A stretch of 64,000 nucleotides of DNA, taken from the NCBI GenBank assembly GCA_964016885.1, contig OZ024742.1:224564001-224628000 (forward strand), given 5' to 3'. The translations under genes were made by a program, and so were the position numbers. This document shows, one piece after another, positions 62,845-64,000 of the stretch. The notes beneath the pieces are model-generated. The model did no database searches and was not told the DNA's origin. It saw only the letters and a list, made by a program, of their open reading frames with translations. The DNA comes from Eledone cirrhosa. Taxonomy: Eukaryota. Position 1 is the stretch's first letter; the number at the start of each line of letters is the position of its first letter.

Positions 62845-63407
62845 CACGCCGGAGTTAGCTTTGTCTTTCAGCCTTTCAGGATCAATGAAATAAAGTACCA
62901 GTCACACACTGGTGTCGATTTAATCGAATTTCCCCTCTCCCCAAATATCTGGCCTTGTGCTTATAGTAAAAATCATTATTATTAGTGGATTGGCAGTATC
63001 GGTTGAGGGTCGGACGCCATGCTTTCCAGCATAGTTACGTCCCTTTACGATCTGAGTTCAAATCCCGCCGAGGTTGACTTTGCCTTTCATCCTTACGGGG
63101 TCGATAAAATAAAGTACCAGTGATGTACTGGGTAATTGCTGGCCTTGTGCCTAAAGTAGAAACAATTATTATTATTATTTCAAATCCCGCCGAGGTTACC
63201 TTTCCCTTTCATCCTTACGGGTCGATAAAATAAAGTACCAGTAATGTACTGGGTAATTGCTGGCCTTGTGCCTAAAGTAGAAACAATTATTATTATTATT
63301 TCAAATCCCGCCGAGGTTACCTTTCCCTTTCATCCTTACGGGTCGATAAAATAAAGTACCAGTAATGCACTGGGATAATTGGTGGCCTTGTGCCAATAGT
63401 AGAAACA

Positions 63408-63438
<31 letters not shown>
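62845..63438 (+). mobile_element. SINE array: old copy, full SINE A (62985-63180) and two tandem 3' halves
   Basis: TTCAAATCCCGCCGAGG...AGAAACAATTATTATT repeated head to tail. Confidence 0.88.
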
Positions 63439-63439
<1 letters not shown>

Positions 63440-63622
63440 GGTGAAGTATACGTAATATCTAAGAATAAACAAATGAGAAGGCGCTTACTTAGTGTTGTTG
63501 TTGCAGTTGTCGTAATAAACATATCTATATTACTAGGAAAGTGGCAGCAGCGACGGCGATGGAGCTCTGTATTAAACTTTGTCGTATTTGTATTTTCCTA
63601 AAAATAATTCTGCTTGTTAACC

Positions 63623-63670
<48 letters not shown>

Positions 63671-63674
<4 letters not shown>

Positions 63675-64000
63675 CACTGACCAAGAAACTCACTCAGATG
63701 GTGGATGGGTGCTACACGAGAATGCTGAGGATGGCTCTGCTGAACATTAATCAGTATACACTGAGGATGAAAAACTCAGAGTTGTATGGGAGCATCCCAA
63801 AAGTCAGCTCAAAAGTGACACAGAGTAGACTGAGGTTAGCTGGACATGCTCACCGACATCCAGAGTTGACATTGCACTCAGTGCTCCTTTGGGAGCCCCT
63901 ACATGGACACACTAGAAGAGGAAGACCAAGGTTAACGTATGTTGATGCCCTAAGGACAGACACTGGTCTGTTGGAGACGCAGGACATAGCAGCGATAATG
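63671..64000 (+). mobile_element. 5'-truncated RTE-clade LINE, ORF C-terminal region (runs off window)
   Basis: Stop-free frame from 63671: WTLTKKLTQMVDGCYTRMLRMAL..ELYGSIPKVS..RLRLAGHAHRHPEL..VLLWEPLHGHTRRGRPRLTYVDALRTDTG. It begins directly after a (TA)n tract and is absent from the ORF track. Confidence 0.85.

Overview
AT-rich eukaryotic DNA saturated with (TA)n, (CA)n and (GA)n microsatellites. The repeat landscape suggests an octopod cephalopod (Octopus-like); this is inferred, not established. The only host-gene sequence I recognise is a short first coding exon on the minus strand (60640-60702, MSYPQFGYTYPSTNNSISSTQ followed by a GTAAGT donor) that resembles the N-terminus of an Iroquois/Irx homeobox protein, so positions 1-60639 are probably one very large intron. 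That interval holds more than 20 copies of a young tRNA-derived SINE, older CORE-like SINEs, decayed LINEs (L1/Tx1, Dong/R4, RTE), Penelope-like element (PLE) RT/GIY-YIG remnants, a non-autonomous Helitron and MITEs. The most striking signal is a set of short, sequence-diverse elements embedded in (TA)n tracts. Many form local inverted duplications and carry about 20 intact or decayed minimal type-I hammerhead ribozyme (HHR) motifs. They share one architecture: HHR, then AATAAA, then a GAGTRC motif about 60-95 nt downstream, with a C-mismatch at position 4 of helix II in four otherwise unrelated families. I interpret them as PLE pseudo-LTR or retrozyme-like elements that target microsatellites. 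Almost all ORFs in the supplied track are microsatellite translation artefacts.
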